DNA of 27,243 bases, from positions 1 to 27,243 of the forward strand of contig CAWKBC010000026.1 of assembly GCA_963847705.1 (NCBI GenBank), given 5' to 3'. The notes under the pieces are model-generated. The model did no database searches. It was given only the letters and a program-made list of their open reading frames with translations, and was not told the origin of the DNA. Position 1 is the stretch's first letter; each line of letters begins with the position of its first letter. Positions 1 through 7,818 of the stretch are shown here, one piece after another. The position numbers and the translations under genes were made by a program. This stretch comes from an uncultured Pseudomonadota bacterium (lineage in GTDB: Bacteria; Myxococcota_A; Polyangia; Fen-1088).

Positions 1-98
1 GTGCACCCAAGCTGACCGTCGACGGCCAGCCGATCGCCGGCGATCTCGTCCCCTACGCCAAGGCGGGCGCGACGGTCATCGTCGACTGCGAGGTCTGA
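1..98 (+). CDS. 3' end of a probable GH94 cellobiose/cellodextrin phosphorylase (partial, runs off the window)
   Basis: The frame from position 3 reads APKLTVDGQPIAGDLVPYAKAGATVIVDCEV-TGA(96-98). This resembles the C-terminal strand motif (LTVDG..V.G..VPYA.AG.TV.V) of actinobacterial-type cellobiose phosphorylases, and the neighbours are cellulases. Only 31 codons are visible. Confidence 0.6.
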   Translation, partial: APKLTVDGQPIAGDLVPYAKAGATVIVDCEV

Positions 99-290
99 GC
101 CCTGGTGACCTCGAGGGGGCGCACCGAGGCGATCCGATCGAAGTCCCGGTCGTCGTGAAGCAAGGTCGCGCGTTCTCGAGCGCCTGCGCGGCGATGAGGC
201 AATCGATCGTGCTTCGAACCGCGACGCCCCGCCGCCGACAATCGAAGAAGATGCGCGCGGCCTCGCGGTAGGAATCCGTCGCATCTGGTG
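53..290 (-). pseudogene. vapC: Truncated, frameshifted PIN-domain (VapC-like) toxin remnant
   Basis: Two frames join into YREAARIFFDCRRRGVAVRSTIDCLIAAQALEN / ATLLHDDRDFDRIA, the C-terminal half of VapC (DCLIAA and HxDRDF motifs). One base is missing near 170. The N-terminal half and any antitoxin are absent, and a terminator lies where they would be. Confidence 0.8.
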
Positions 291-295
291 GAAAC

Positions 296-336
296 AAAAA
301 AGCCACCTGCGGTCGAGCCGCAGGTGGCTTTTCTTT
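296..336. terminator. Bidirectional intrinsic terminator
   Basis: Perfect 15-bp stem aaaagccacctgcgg / ccgcaggtggctttt (298-312 with 318-332) and a 5-nt loop, with an A-run on the left and a T-run on the right. It lies between convergent genes. Confidence 0.9.
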
Positions 337-374
337 CGTGCGGACGCGCGACGTGCGCGCGTCGAATCGAGTGA

Positions 375-1280
375 CTACTTGGGAACGAGGGCCAGGTTGG
401 CGACGCAGAAGGCGTAGGGCGTGGTGGCCGTCGCGTTGGTGAACACCTGGAACTGGATCGACTGGATCTTCGTCGAATCGAACGCAGGCGGCGTCACGGC
501 CGGCGACTGCTGGGTCAGGTAGAACGGGCCGCCGACGTCGGTCCAGTCGACCTCGACGTGCATGGGGGTCGGCGTCAGCGGGGACGAGGCCTTGCCCGCG
601 CCCATCCAGTACGGCGAGTCGGTGCCGTGCTCACCCGTGAACGGGAAGTTGACCCGCACCGAGCCCGGAGGGACGCCGGCGCCGTTGGAGGTGCCGCCGA
701 GGGGGTCGGCGCCGGTGAAGGCGCTGATGTCGAACGCCATGCCCTTGAAGCCGCTCAGGTCGATGTCGCCCTTCACGCCCGCGTCGCCGCCCGGGTTGTT
801 GAGATCGAGCGAAATGCCCGCGCCCCAGAGATCGGAGTAGTCGGGCGAGCCGCCCTTGTTCATGACCATCGCCGCGACGCCGTCCGTGCACATCTTGCTG
901 GTGGCCGCGTCGCTGGGCGGGAACGGCTGGCCGGGCGGTGGGAAGGCGATCTGAGAGCAGTCGGCCGCGGGGAATCCGCCTTTGAGCTGGCAGTCGCTGT
1001 TGGCGGCGTCGGCTCCGTTGGCCACGCTCGCGTTCGCGCCCACGCTGTCGCCATACGAGTACCAGGGGCCGATGATGTTGCTGCCGCCGGTCAGGTCCTG
1101 GACGAACCCGGTCGAGGTCGAGGGAAGTGCGATGCACCCCTGACAGACGGTGCTGCCGCCGCTGCCAGCCGCGCCGGTGCCGGTGCCGGGGGTGCCGCTG
1201 CCGCCGTTGCTGCAGGCGCCGCCCACGAGCAACAGCGCGCCAGCCACGCTTGCCATAAAGAGATTGGAATTCTTGTTCAT
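375..1280 (-). CDS. Lipoprotein: Gly/Thr linker plus putative non-catalytic carbohydrate-binding beta-sandwich (CBM11/CIA30-like)
   Basis: Signal peptide ends LLLVGGA-C, followed by a GTG linker. Motifs GPWYSYGD, WGAGISLDLN, DLSGFKGMAFDI, VEVDWTD, FDSTKIQSIQFQV and FCVANL follow the CBM11-like strand pattern. The ORF is clear; the function is inferred. Confidence 0.6.
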   Translation of the reverse strand: MNKNSNLFMASVAGALLLVGGACSNGGSGTPGTGTGAAGSGGSTVCQGCIALPSTSTGFVQDLTGGSNIIGPWYSYGDSVGANASVANGADAANSDCQLKGGFPAADCSQIAFPPPGQPFPPSDAATSKMCTDGVAAMVMNKGGSPDYSDLWGAGISLDLNNPGGDAGVKGDIDLSGFKGMAFDISAFTGADPLGGTSNGAGVPPGSVRVNFPFTGEHGTDSPYWMGAGKASSPLTPTPMHVEVDWTDVGGPFYLTQQSPAVTPPAFDSTKIQSIQFQVFTNATATTPYAFCVANLALVPK

Positions 1281-1338
1281 GATGATTTAGGCCTCGTGAC
1301 GTTTGGGTTCTGGGGGGATCTGTCGAGGAGCGACAGCA

Positions 1339-1395
1339 GTGTCCCCGAAAAACTCGGGGATATCCTGAAAAGGAGGTAGTATCTTCCCCGAGTTT
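1339..1395. promoter_or_regulatory. Inverted-repeat cluster in the divergent intergenic region (candidate operator or RNA structure)
   Basis: TCCCCGA(1342-1348)-N5-TCGGGGA(1354-1360). In addition AAACTCGGGGA(1350-1360) is the exact reverse complement of TCCCCGAGTTT(1385-1395). Confidence 0.45.
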
Positions 1396-1491
1396 GAGCC
1401 CGTCAAGACCGAGGCGGCGCCGCCTGGCACGGCGCCCCGGCCCGGCGGACCCCGGATCTCCACGGCTACACCCTTATTTAGGAGGCTCTTG

Positions 1492-2772
1492 ATGTCGCGC
1501 CGCACTCGCTTGCTTGGTCTTCTCTTCGGACTGTCGTTGCTGGGTTGCGCGTCGGCGCCCCCCGGGGTCGGCGGCGGCACCGGGGGCAGCTCGGGTGGCG
1601 GGACAGGCGGCACCGGCAACGTGAGCGTGATGAACCCCTCGTCGAGCTACAGCCAGAACGCCGGCTCGAGCGCGGCGTTCCCTTACCCGCAGGGGCACGC
1701 GCTGCCCAACTGCACCTTCCCGGCCTACAACACCGACACGGTCGAGACCGCCTACACGAACTGGAAGGCGAAGTTCTTCGACGGCACCAAGATCATCCGC
1801 CCCGAGAACGGCAACGACACCGTCTCCGAGGGGATCGGCTACGGGATGTTGATCGGTGTCTTCATGAACGACCAGCCGATGTTCGACACGCTCTGGGCCT
1901 ACGGCAAGTCAAAGTTCAATACGAATCACCTCATGGCCTGGTGCCAGGGAACCGGTCAGAGCGGGAGCTGCACCACCAGCTCAACGTCAGCGACCGACGG
2001 CGACGAGGACATGGCGTACGCGCTCCTGATGGCCAGCAAGCAGTGGAGCGGCGGCAGCTACGCCTCCGACGCGACGGCGCTGATCGGGAACATCTACGCG
2101 CACGAGGTGAACGGCACCACGCTGGTGGCCGGTGACAGCTTCGGCTCGAGCGGCCTCAACGAGCTCGACCCGTCGTACTTCGCGCCGTCCTATTACCGCG
2201 CGTTCGCCACCGTCGATTCGGGGCACAACTGGATGGGAGTCCTCGACCAGTGCTACACGATCCTCGCGGCGGCCTCGGGGAGCTACGGGCTCGTTCCCAA
2301 CTGGGTCACGCCGAGCGGCGTCGGGACCGGCGCGGTCGATTCGGCGAAGGGGATCTACTTCGGCTACGACGCCTGCCGCATCCCGTTCCGGATCGGGATG
2401 GACTACTGCTTGAACGGCGAGGCGCGCGCGCAGACCTACGCGCAGCTCATCTCGTCGTTCTACGCCTCGAAGTCGACCTCGACCTCCCTGTCTGGGATCT
2501 ACGACGGCTACACCACGACCGGTGGCACCCCGCCGCCGGCAACCTACATGACCTACGCAGCCGGGATGGCGTTCCTCGGTCCCGCCGGCGTTGGTGCGAT
2601 GGCAGCCGGCGACAGCGAAGCCACGCTGCGCAACCTCTCCTACCTGACCGTGAAGGCCTTCACCACCAGCAACGCGATGAACAGCAGCGGCGCGTTCACC
2701 TACTACAACGCCTCCTGGGGCGTGCTGTCGCTGATGGCGATGTCCGGCAACCTATGGGACATGACCCAGTAG
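1492..2772 (+). CDS. GH8 endoglucanase (CelA-like), lipoprotein
   Basis: RBS AGGAGG at 1480-1485, ATG at 1492, lipobox LSLLG-C and a Gly/Thr linker. GH8 motifs: DTVSEGIGYGML (catalytic Glu), SATDGDEDMAYALLMA, PSYFAP, GLVPNW and YDACRIPFRIG (Asp base of GH8a). Confidence 0.92.
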   Translation: MSRRTRLLGLLFGLSLLGCASAPPGVGGGTGGSSGGGTGGTGNVSVMNPSSSYSQNAGSSAAFPYPQGHALPNCTFPAYNTDTVETAYTNWKAKFFDGTKIIRPENGNDTVSEGIGYGMLIGVFMNDQPMFDTLWAYGKSKFNTNHLMAWCQGTGQSGSCTTSSTSATDGDEDMAYALLMASKQWSGGSYASDATALIGNIYAHEVNGTTLVAGDSFGSSGLNELDPSYFAPSYYRAFATVDSGHNWMGVLDQCYTILAAASGSYGLVPNWVTPSGVGTGAVDSAKGIYFGYDACRIPFRIGMDYCLNGEARAQTYAQLISSFYASKSTSTSLSGIYDGYTTTGGTPPPATYMTYAAGMAFLGPAGVGAMAAGDSEATLRNLSYLTVKAFTTSNAMNSSGAFTYYNASWGVLSLMAMSGNLWDMTQ

Positions 2773-2849
2773 TCGCTCGCCCGCCCGGGGGATCAACAGG
2801 ACCCTCGAAGGTCGAAATCCAGGCCCTTCAATTTATCGTGGAATTCCGG

Positions 2850-3046
2850 CCTCGACGCGCTACTTGGCTGTCTTGGTCGCGACCCTTGGTCGCATTTTTC
2901 GTCGCGTCCTCGGTCGTGTTCTTCGTCGTGACCTCGACGCGCTACTTGGCTGTCTCGGTCGCGCTCTTCGTCGTGACCTTGGTCGCGCTCTTGGTCGCGT
3001 CCTCGGTCGCGCTCTTTGCCGCGACCTTGGCGGCGACCTTGGCCTT
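2850..3046 (-). repeat. 12-bp minisatellite (xATK-type units) with an ~82-bp duplication that includes the GH9 stop codon
   Basis: cctcgacgcgctacttggctgtct occurs at 2850-2873 and 2932-2955. GCGACCAAG-like units recur on both sides of the TAG at 2942-2944. Confidence 0.85.
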
Positions 3047-5581
3047 GGGGCGCGGCTTCGCCTTGACCTCGGCCTTCTCGTCGAGGAACGCCGTCACCCA
3101 GGCGAGCGGCGCGTTCCAGTTGATCGCCTCTTCGTTGGCCGACCAGGCCTCGATGTTGTCGGCGTAGCACTTCTCGGGCGCGCAGCCGGCCAGGCCCGCC
3201 GCCTGGACGTAGGGGTCCTGCAGGCCGGAGTTCGGCCCGCCCGACAGGACGCCGGGTGGCGGCGGCGGGAACGCGGCGTTGGCCTGATGCGCCCAAAAGC
3301 GATGGTGCGGGTGCAAGAGCGGCCGCTCGCCGTAGCCGGTGACGTACGACTTGTCGAGCGGGTTGCGCCCGAGGATGTAGTTCATGCTCTCGGCCGCCGC
3401 GGCCAGATACTTCGACTCGCCCGAAAAATCGTTGGCCAGCCCGAGCAAGATCGCGTTGTTGAGGACGTTCGAGTTCGAGCCCCAGGGAAACCCCTTCGCT
3501 CCCGGTTTGAACGGCAGCCGGTAGCCCTGCTCGGCGACCAGCGCCAGGAACGCGTCGGCCGCCGTCTCGACGGCGACCTTGCAGTCGTCGATCTCCTGCG
3601 GCGGCAGCATGTTCGGGACCATAGCCAGCGAGATCGTCCCCAGAGCTCCGACGTTCCCCCAGTCGAAGGCCGACGGCAAACCGTCCGCGCCCTGCATGAT
3701 CGGGATCTTCTTGAAGGCGGGCGACTTCTCCAGGAACGCCTTGTAGCCGTCCTTCTTGGTGGTGATGAAGAGCTCGGCCGCGGCCCAATAGAATTCGTCG
3801 CCGACGTTGGCGTCGTCGTACGGACCGCCGCCGACCGCGGAGGTGCCGGCGTAGACGGCGGGGTGCGCCGCCGCCGCGTTCCAGGCCTTCTCCGCTGCGG
3901 CCAGGCACCTCGCCGAGAACGCCCTGTCCAGCTTCTCCCAGATGCGCGCGCACTGCGCGGCGGTGGCGGCCAGGTTCAGCGTCGCAGCCGTCGACGGCGG
4001 CCAGAGGAAGCGCGGCTCCGCATCCTTGTCGGGTCGTGTGCCGAGCACGGTCCAATCCTTGTCGTGGACCTTGTGGTGGACCATCCCCGCCTTGGGCTGC
4101 CCGTCGGGGACCTGCATCTTCATCATGAACTCCAGCTCCCAGCGCGCCTCGTCGAGCAGATCGGGAATCTTGTTCTTGCGCTCGGGGATGTTCATCTTCC
4201 CGTCGCGAAACTCGCCGTCGGTGCCGCGCAGGACGGCGCGCTCGTACTGGTTCATCAGCGTCCAGGCCGCGATGCCGCCGTTGACGACGTACTTCCCCTG
4301 ATCGCCCGCGTCGTACCAGCCGCCGGTGACGTCCAGCTTGTAGTCGCAGCCGCTGTCCTTGAGGCAGGGGACGTTCTTGTCCCCCTGGTTCGGCGGGACG
4401 CTGACGTGTCCGGCCGGTCGCGTCCACTGCTTGCCGCCCGCATAGGGCATCTTGATCTCGATGCCGCTGCGGGTCTGATAAAAGTAGGCGAGCGCGTCGT
4501 ACTTCAGCTTCTTGTAGACGTCCTTGCCGATGTCGAACGGGTGGCTCCCCTCGCCGGAGACCCACAGCGTGTAGTCCTTCCCCGGCGTCTTCCAGAGCGA
4601 GAAGTCGGCGATCTGCACGTCGTCGCCCGAGGCGGCGTCCTTGCCGAAGGGCTTGGTGTCACCCGAGGCCACGATGGCGCCCCCCCTCTTGTGCAGCTCC
4701 CACTTGAGCGAGTTCTTCGAGGGCGTCTTGATGACCGCCAGCTTGGGGAGCTCGGCCAGGTAACCTGTCTGGTTGACGAGCACGTTGGGGATCGGCGCCT
4801 CGTCCGAGGTCGGCGTCTTCGACTTCACGAACTGCGGATCGTCGAGATGAATATCGTCGAGGCAAACGGTGTACGGCGCGGCGGTCTCGCCGGCCAGGCC
4901 GCCTCCGAAGAAAAACGCGAGCTCGGTCGAGGCGTCGTCGGCGCTCTCCATCGTGAACGCGCCGACGAAGGTCTGCGGGTGCGTCGTCAGCTCGTTGGTG
5001 TCGGTCCAGTACTCCTTGTAGGGCGGTCCCGACATCCCGACCTTCGCCTTCATCTGGATCGGCTTCGAGGCGTGGGCCACGTACGAGATCGAATAGGTGT
5101 GGCCCTTCTGGATCACCATCTCGCGGTGCCGCGCCTGGGCGTCCCAGGCGTTCACCCCTTTGTTGGTGACGACGATGCAGAACTGGCCGTCCTTGACCGA
5201 GGCGGCGCCGTTTGCCGGAGCGGTGAACGAAGTGTTCCAGGGAAGGTACTTGCCCCCCTCGAAGCTGTTGTTCTTCAGCAGATCGTTCCCCGACAGCTTC
5301 GGCGCGTTGACCCCCGGCGAGCCATTGGTCGGCGCGGCGTTCCAGTCCGAGCCGATCGCTGGGGTCGGGGCCGGGGGCGCCCCCGGCCCCGGCGTGACGG
5401 GCGGCGCGGGCGTGGCGGGCGGCGTGGGTTGCGCGGCGGGCGCTGCCGCCGGCGTGACCGGGGGCGGCGCAGCGGGCGCGGTGGGGGCGCACGAAGCGGC
5501 TGCCCAGACGGCCAGTGCACCAACCCAGGAAGCGATCGCGCGCGATGTGGCCGCGCGTCGGCAAGCGAGACTCTCGATCAT
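2942..5581 (-). CDS. GH9 cellulase, CBM4-Ig-GH9 architecture (CelK/CbhA/CenC-like), lipoprotein
   Basis: ATG at 5581 with GAGG RBS, lipobox WAAAS-C and a Pro/Ala linker. CBM4 (LLKNNSFEGG..PW, NAWDAQ, VCLDDIHL), Ig-like domain (VLVNQTGY...ADFS), and GH9 motifs GGWYDAGD, HPHHRFW and YADNIEAWSANEEAINWNAPL. Ends in a Lys/Ala/Thr-rich tail. Confidence 0.95.
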   Translation of the reverse strand: MIESLACRRAATSRAIASWVGALAVWAAASCAPTAPAAPPPVTPAAAPAAQPTPPATPAPPVTPGPGAPPAPTPAIGSDWNAAPTNGSPGVNAPKLSGNDLLKNNSFEGGKYLPWNTSFTAPANGAASVKDGQFCIVVTNKGVNAWDAQARHREMVIQKGHTYSISYVAHASKPIQMKAKVGMSGPPYKEYWTDTNELTTHPQTFVGAFTMESADDASTELAFFFGGGLAGETAAPYTVCLDDIHLDDPQFVKSKTPTSDEAPIPNVLVNQTGYLAELPKLAVIKTPSKNSLKWELHKRGGAIVASGDTKPFGKDAASGDDVQIADFSLWKTPGKDYTLWVSGEGSHPFDIGKDVYKKLKYDALAYFYQTRSGIEIKMPYAGGKQWTRPAGHVSVPPNQGDKNVPCLKDSGCDYKLDVTGGWYDAGDQGKYVVNGGIAAWTLMNQYERAVLRGTDGEFRDGKMNIPERKNKIPDLLDEARWELEFMMKMQVPDGQPKAGMVHHKVHDKDWTVLGTRPDKDAEPRFLWPPSTAATLNLAATAAQCARIWEKLDRAFSARCLAAAEKAWNAAAAHPAVYAGTSAVGGGPYDDANVGDEFYWAAAELFITTKKDGYKAFLEKSPAFKKIPIMQGADGLPSAFDWGNVGALGTISLAMVPNMLPPQEIDDCKVAVETAADAFLALVAEQGYRLPFKPGAKGFPWGSNSNVLNNAILLGLANDFSGESKYLAAAAESMNYILGRNPLDKSYVTGYGERPLLHPHHRFWAHQANAAFPPPPPGVLSGGPNSGLQDPYVQAAGLAGCAPEKCYADNIEAWSANEEAINWNAPLAWVTAFLDEKAEVKAKPRPKAKVAAKVAAKSATEDATKSATKVTTKSATETAK

Positions 5582-5671
5582 TTCGGATCCTCGGGGATGA
5601 AGAACCGGCACACCGCCGGCCGCGAGACGCTAACCTGAAAAGCACGGGCGCGGAAGCCGCGGCGGGCTGTT

Positions 5672-5708
5672 TGACGACGCGGCGCTCAGGCGGGCGTCGT
5701 CATTTTTT
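5672..5708 (+). terminator. Stem-loop between the CBM3 gene and GH9; the T-run is on the + strand
   Basis: tgacgacgc(5672-5680) pairs with gcgtcgtca(5694-5702), followed by tttttt on the + strand. On the coding (-) strand it lacks a U-tail, so it may be an mRNA-stabilising hairpin instead. Confidence 0.5.
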
Positions 5709-5720
5709 CGTCGTTTGTTT

Positions 5721-6584
5721 TTATTGGGGCTCGGTGCCCCAGGCGAGGACGCCGTTGATGTAACCGGTGATGTTCGACGCGTTGCTGAAGCCGGTCGAGG
5801 CATCCGCCCCGCACGCGCGGTACGAGTAATCCATCGTCTGATCGAGATCGAACGAGTCGGCGTTGTTCGCCCCGAAGAACCGCAGCTGGATCTGGCCGCT
5901 GTCGTCGAACATCGTCAGCGTGGGCGCGCCGGCCGAGAAGCCCACCTCGAGATACTCGTTGGCGCCGGTCACCGGGGGCGACACCGCCACGAACTTGGAC
6001 GTGATGCCGGTGCCGCCTTGAAACATCTGCGCGTAGTCGATCGCCAGCTGGGGCGGATTGGTCGTCTCGCCGAGCACGAACCAGTAGCGGAACGTGACGG
6101 CCGCCAGCGGCAGGGCCCCGAGCGATCCATCCGAAACGTCGACGGTGACGTGAATCGTCTTGGTGTCGGCCCCGCTCTGGCACTCCGAGGCGATGGTGAC
6201 CTTGCAACCGGCGCAGGCCACGGCAGCGCCGCCGGTTCCGGGCACGCCCCCGGTGGCCTTCGTTCCACCGCTGCCACCGCCGCCACCACCGCCACCGCCG
6301 CCACCGCTGCCACCGCTGCCACCGCTGCCACCGCTCGCCTGGACACCACCCGCACCGGTGTTTCCGCCCGGCGCGCGCATGCCGCCCGTGGCACCGCCGC
6401 CGACGGTCATCCCGCCGCTGCCGGTGCCCACAGCTCCGCCCGTTCCACGCGATCCAGAGGGGCCGCCCCCGCACGCCGTCGATCCAATCAACGTGGCGGC
6501 GAGCCCGATCAGAAAGATGCAACTCCAGATCCGACGGCGTTGCTCGTTGGTGGGGACAATCTTTGCGGCGATTGCCGGGAGCAT
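5721..6584 (-). CDS. Lipoprotein with Gly-rich linker and a stand-alone CBM3 cellulose-binding module
   Basis: Lipobox LIGSTA-C and a poly-Gly/GTGG linker. CBM3 motifs LPLAAVTFRYWF, YLEVGF, QIQLRF, QTMDYSY and ITGYINGVLAWGTEP. No catalytic domain. Start is uncertain (ATG 6584 chosen; the ORF is open to 6650). Confidence 0.88.
   Translation of the reverse strand: MLPAIAAKIVPTNEQRRRIWSCIFLIGLAATLIGSTACGGGPSGSRGTGGAVGTGSGGMTVGGGATGGMRAPGGNTGAGGVQASGGSGGSGGSGGGGGGGGGGGSGGTKATGGVPGTGGAAVACAGCKVTIASECQSGADTKTIHVTVDVSDGSLGALPLAAVTFRYWFVLGETTNPPQLAIDYAQMFQGGTGITSKFVAVSPPVTGANEYLEVGFSAGAPTLTMFDDSGQIQLRFFGANNADSFDLDQTMDYSYRACGADASTGFSNASNITGYINGVLAWGTEPQ
6265..6336 (-). repeat. Poly-Gly / (SGG)n microsatellite in linker
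   Basis: Tandem ccaccgctg and ccaccgccg units encoding SGGSGGSGGSGGGGGGGGGGGSGG. Confidence 0.85.
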
Positions 6585-6726
6585 CGAGGCGCCATCGGTT
6601 TCGCAGCACTCAGTCGAGCCCGGATCGTTGCCACGGCGATCTGTCAGCACGGCGGCGCATCGTAGCCGAGCCGACCAGGCCGCACAAACGGCGGTCCGGT
6701 ATCCTCAAATCTACCGTCGAGCTTGG

Positions 6727-7734
6727 CTAGTTCGGTTCGACGCCTGACGCCAGGACGCCGTTGACGTAGGCGGTGATGGTCGTCTGCTGCGCGAAAGCTC
6801 CGGTGTTGGCCGTTCTGCCAGCCGCGCAAGTCTGGAACGAGTAGTCGGTCGTCTGCATGGAGTCGAACGGGTTGGCGTAGTTCGTCCCGTGCACGCGGAG
6901 TTGGATCTGCTTCGTGTCCGAGGTCGCCGCGAGAGAGCCAGCGGCCGCGGTGAATCCGACCTCCATGTACTCGTTGGCCCCCGTGACGGCGGGCGAGATG
7001 GCCACGAACTTCGCCGTGATGTCCGCGCTCGGAACGGTCGTCGAGTAGTCGACGTCCAGATGCGGGGGATCGGTGGTCTCGGCGACCTGGAAGTAGTAGC
7101 GGAAGGTGATCTGGCTCAGCGGAATCGCCGCCGACGAGGTGTTCTCGATGTCGAGGTAAAGGCCAATGGATTGAGGCGACGCCGCGGCCTGGCAGTCCGT
7201 GTCCACGACGACAAGACCCGTCGCGGGGACGCCACCGGTACCCGTGGCGCCGCCCGTGGCGGGCGCGCCGCCGGTGCCTGGCGAGCCACCGGTGGCAGGC
7301 AAGCCACCGGTGCCCGGGGAGCCGCCGGTGGCGGGGGCGCCACCGGTACCTGGGGAGCCGCCGGTGGCGGGCGTGCCGCCGGTGCCCGGGGAGCCGCCGG
7401 TGGCGGGCGCGCCGCCGGTGCCCTTGCCACCGGTTCCTGTCGTGCCGCCCGTGGCAGGTGTGCCGCCGGTTCCGGGCGCTCCGCCGGTGGCCCTGCCGCC
7501 GGTGCCTGGCGAGCCGCCGGTGGCAGGCGAGCCGCCCGTTCCGGTCACGACGATGCCGCCGGTGCCCGTGACGCCGCCGCTTCCGACGAGTCCGGCGCCG
7601 CCTGTCCCGAACGTCCCTCCTTCGCCACCTCCCGGTCGGTAGAACGCCTCGGGGCCCTGGCAAGCAACGACGGCCAAAGCAAACGCCGCCACAACGAAGA
7701 GTGCACGCAGAACGAAAGTCTTAGTCGTCGGCAA
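6727..7734 (-). CDS. Lipoprotein with long (xPATGG/xPGTGG)n linker and a stand-alone CBM3
   Basis: TTG start with GAGG RBS and a TACAAT -10 candidate (7754-7759). Lipobox AVVA-C. CBM3 motifs IPLSQITFRYYF, YMEVGF, QIQLRVH, QTTDYSF and ITAYVNGVLASGVEP. Paralog of 5721..6584. Confidence 0.9.
   Translation of the reverse strand: MPTTKTFVLRALFVVAAFALAVVACQGPEAFYRPGGGEGGTFGTGGAGLVGSGGVTGTGGIVVTGTGGSPATGGSPGTGGRATGGAPGTGGTPATGGTTGTGGKGTGGAPATGGSPGTGGTPATGGSPGTGGAPATGGSPGTGGLPATGGSPGTGGAPATGGATGTGGVPATGLVVVDTDCQAAASPQSIGLYLDIENTSSAAIPLSQITFRYYFQVAETTDPPHLDVDYSTTVPSADITAKFVAISPAVTGANEYMEVGFTAAAGSLAATSDTKQIQLRVHGTNYANPFDSMQTTDYSFQTCAAGRTANTGAFAQQTTITAYVNGVLASGVEPN
7217..7545 (-). repeat. Mostly 18-bp coding tandem repeat (SPGTGG/APATGG units)
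   Basis: More than a dozen 5-6-aa units alternating PATGG and PGTGG, seen directly in the translation. Confidence 0.9.
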
Positions 7735-7818
7735 AGAGGCCTCGCAACGACCGATTGTAGCCCGATTCCGACGGCGATCCCAGAGCCGCGCGGCGGAATA
7801 CCTGAAAAAATGGACGCG

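Noticed and set aside
5590-5598. CTCGGGGAT matching the 1353-1361 arm
   Set aside because: It overlaps the GH9 RBS, and the same 9-mer occurs inside coding sequence (about 4181), so it is probably chance.
2793-5645. Long alternative ORFs over the GH9 gene (924 aa on +; 590 and 328 aa on -)
   Set aside because: Shadow frames of a high-GC gene: Arg/Gly-rich, without motifs, and fully overlapping a clear cellulase.
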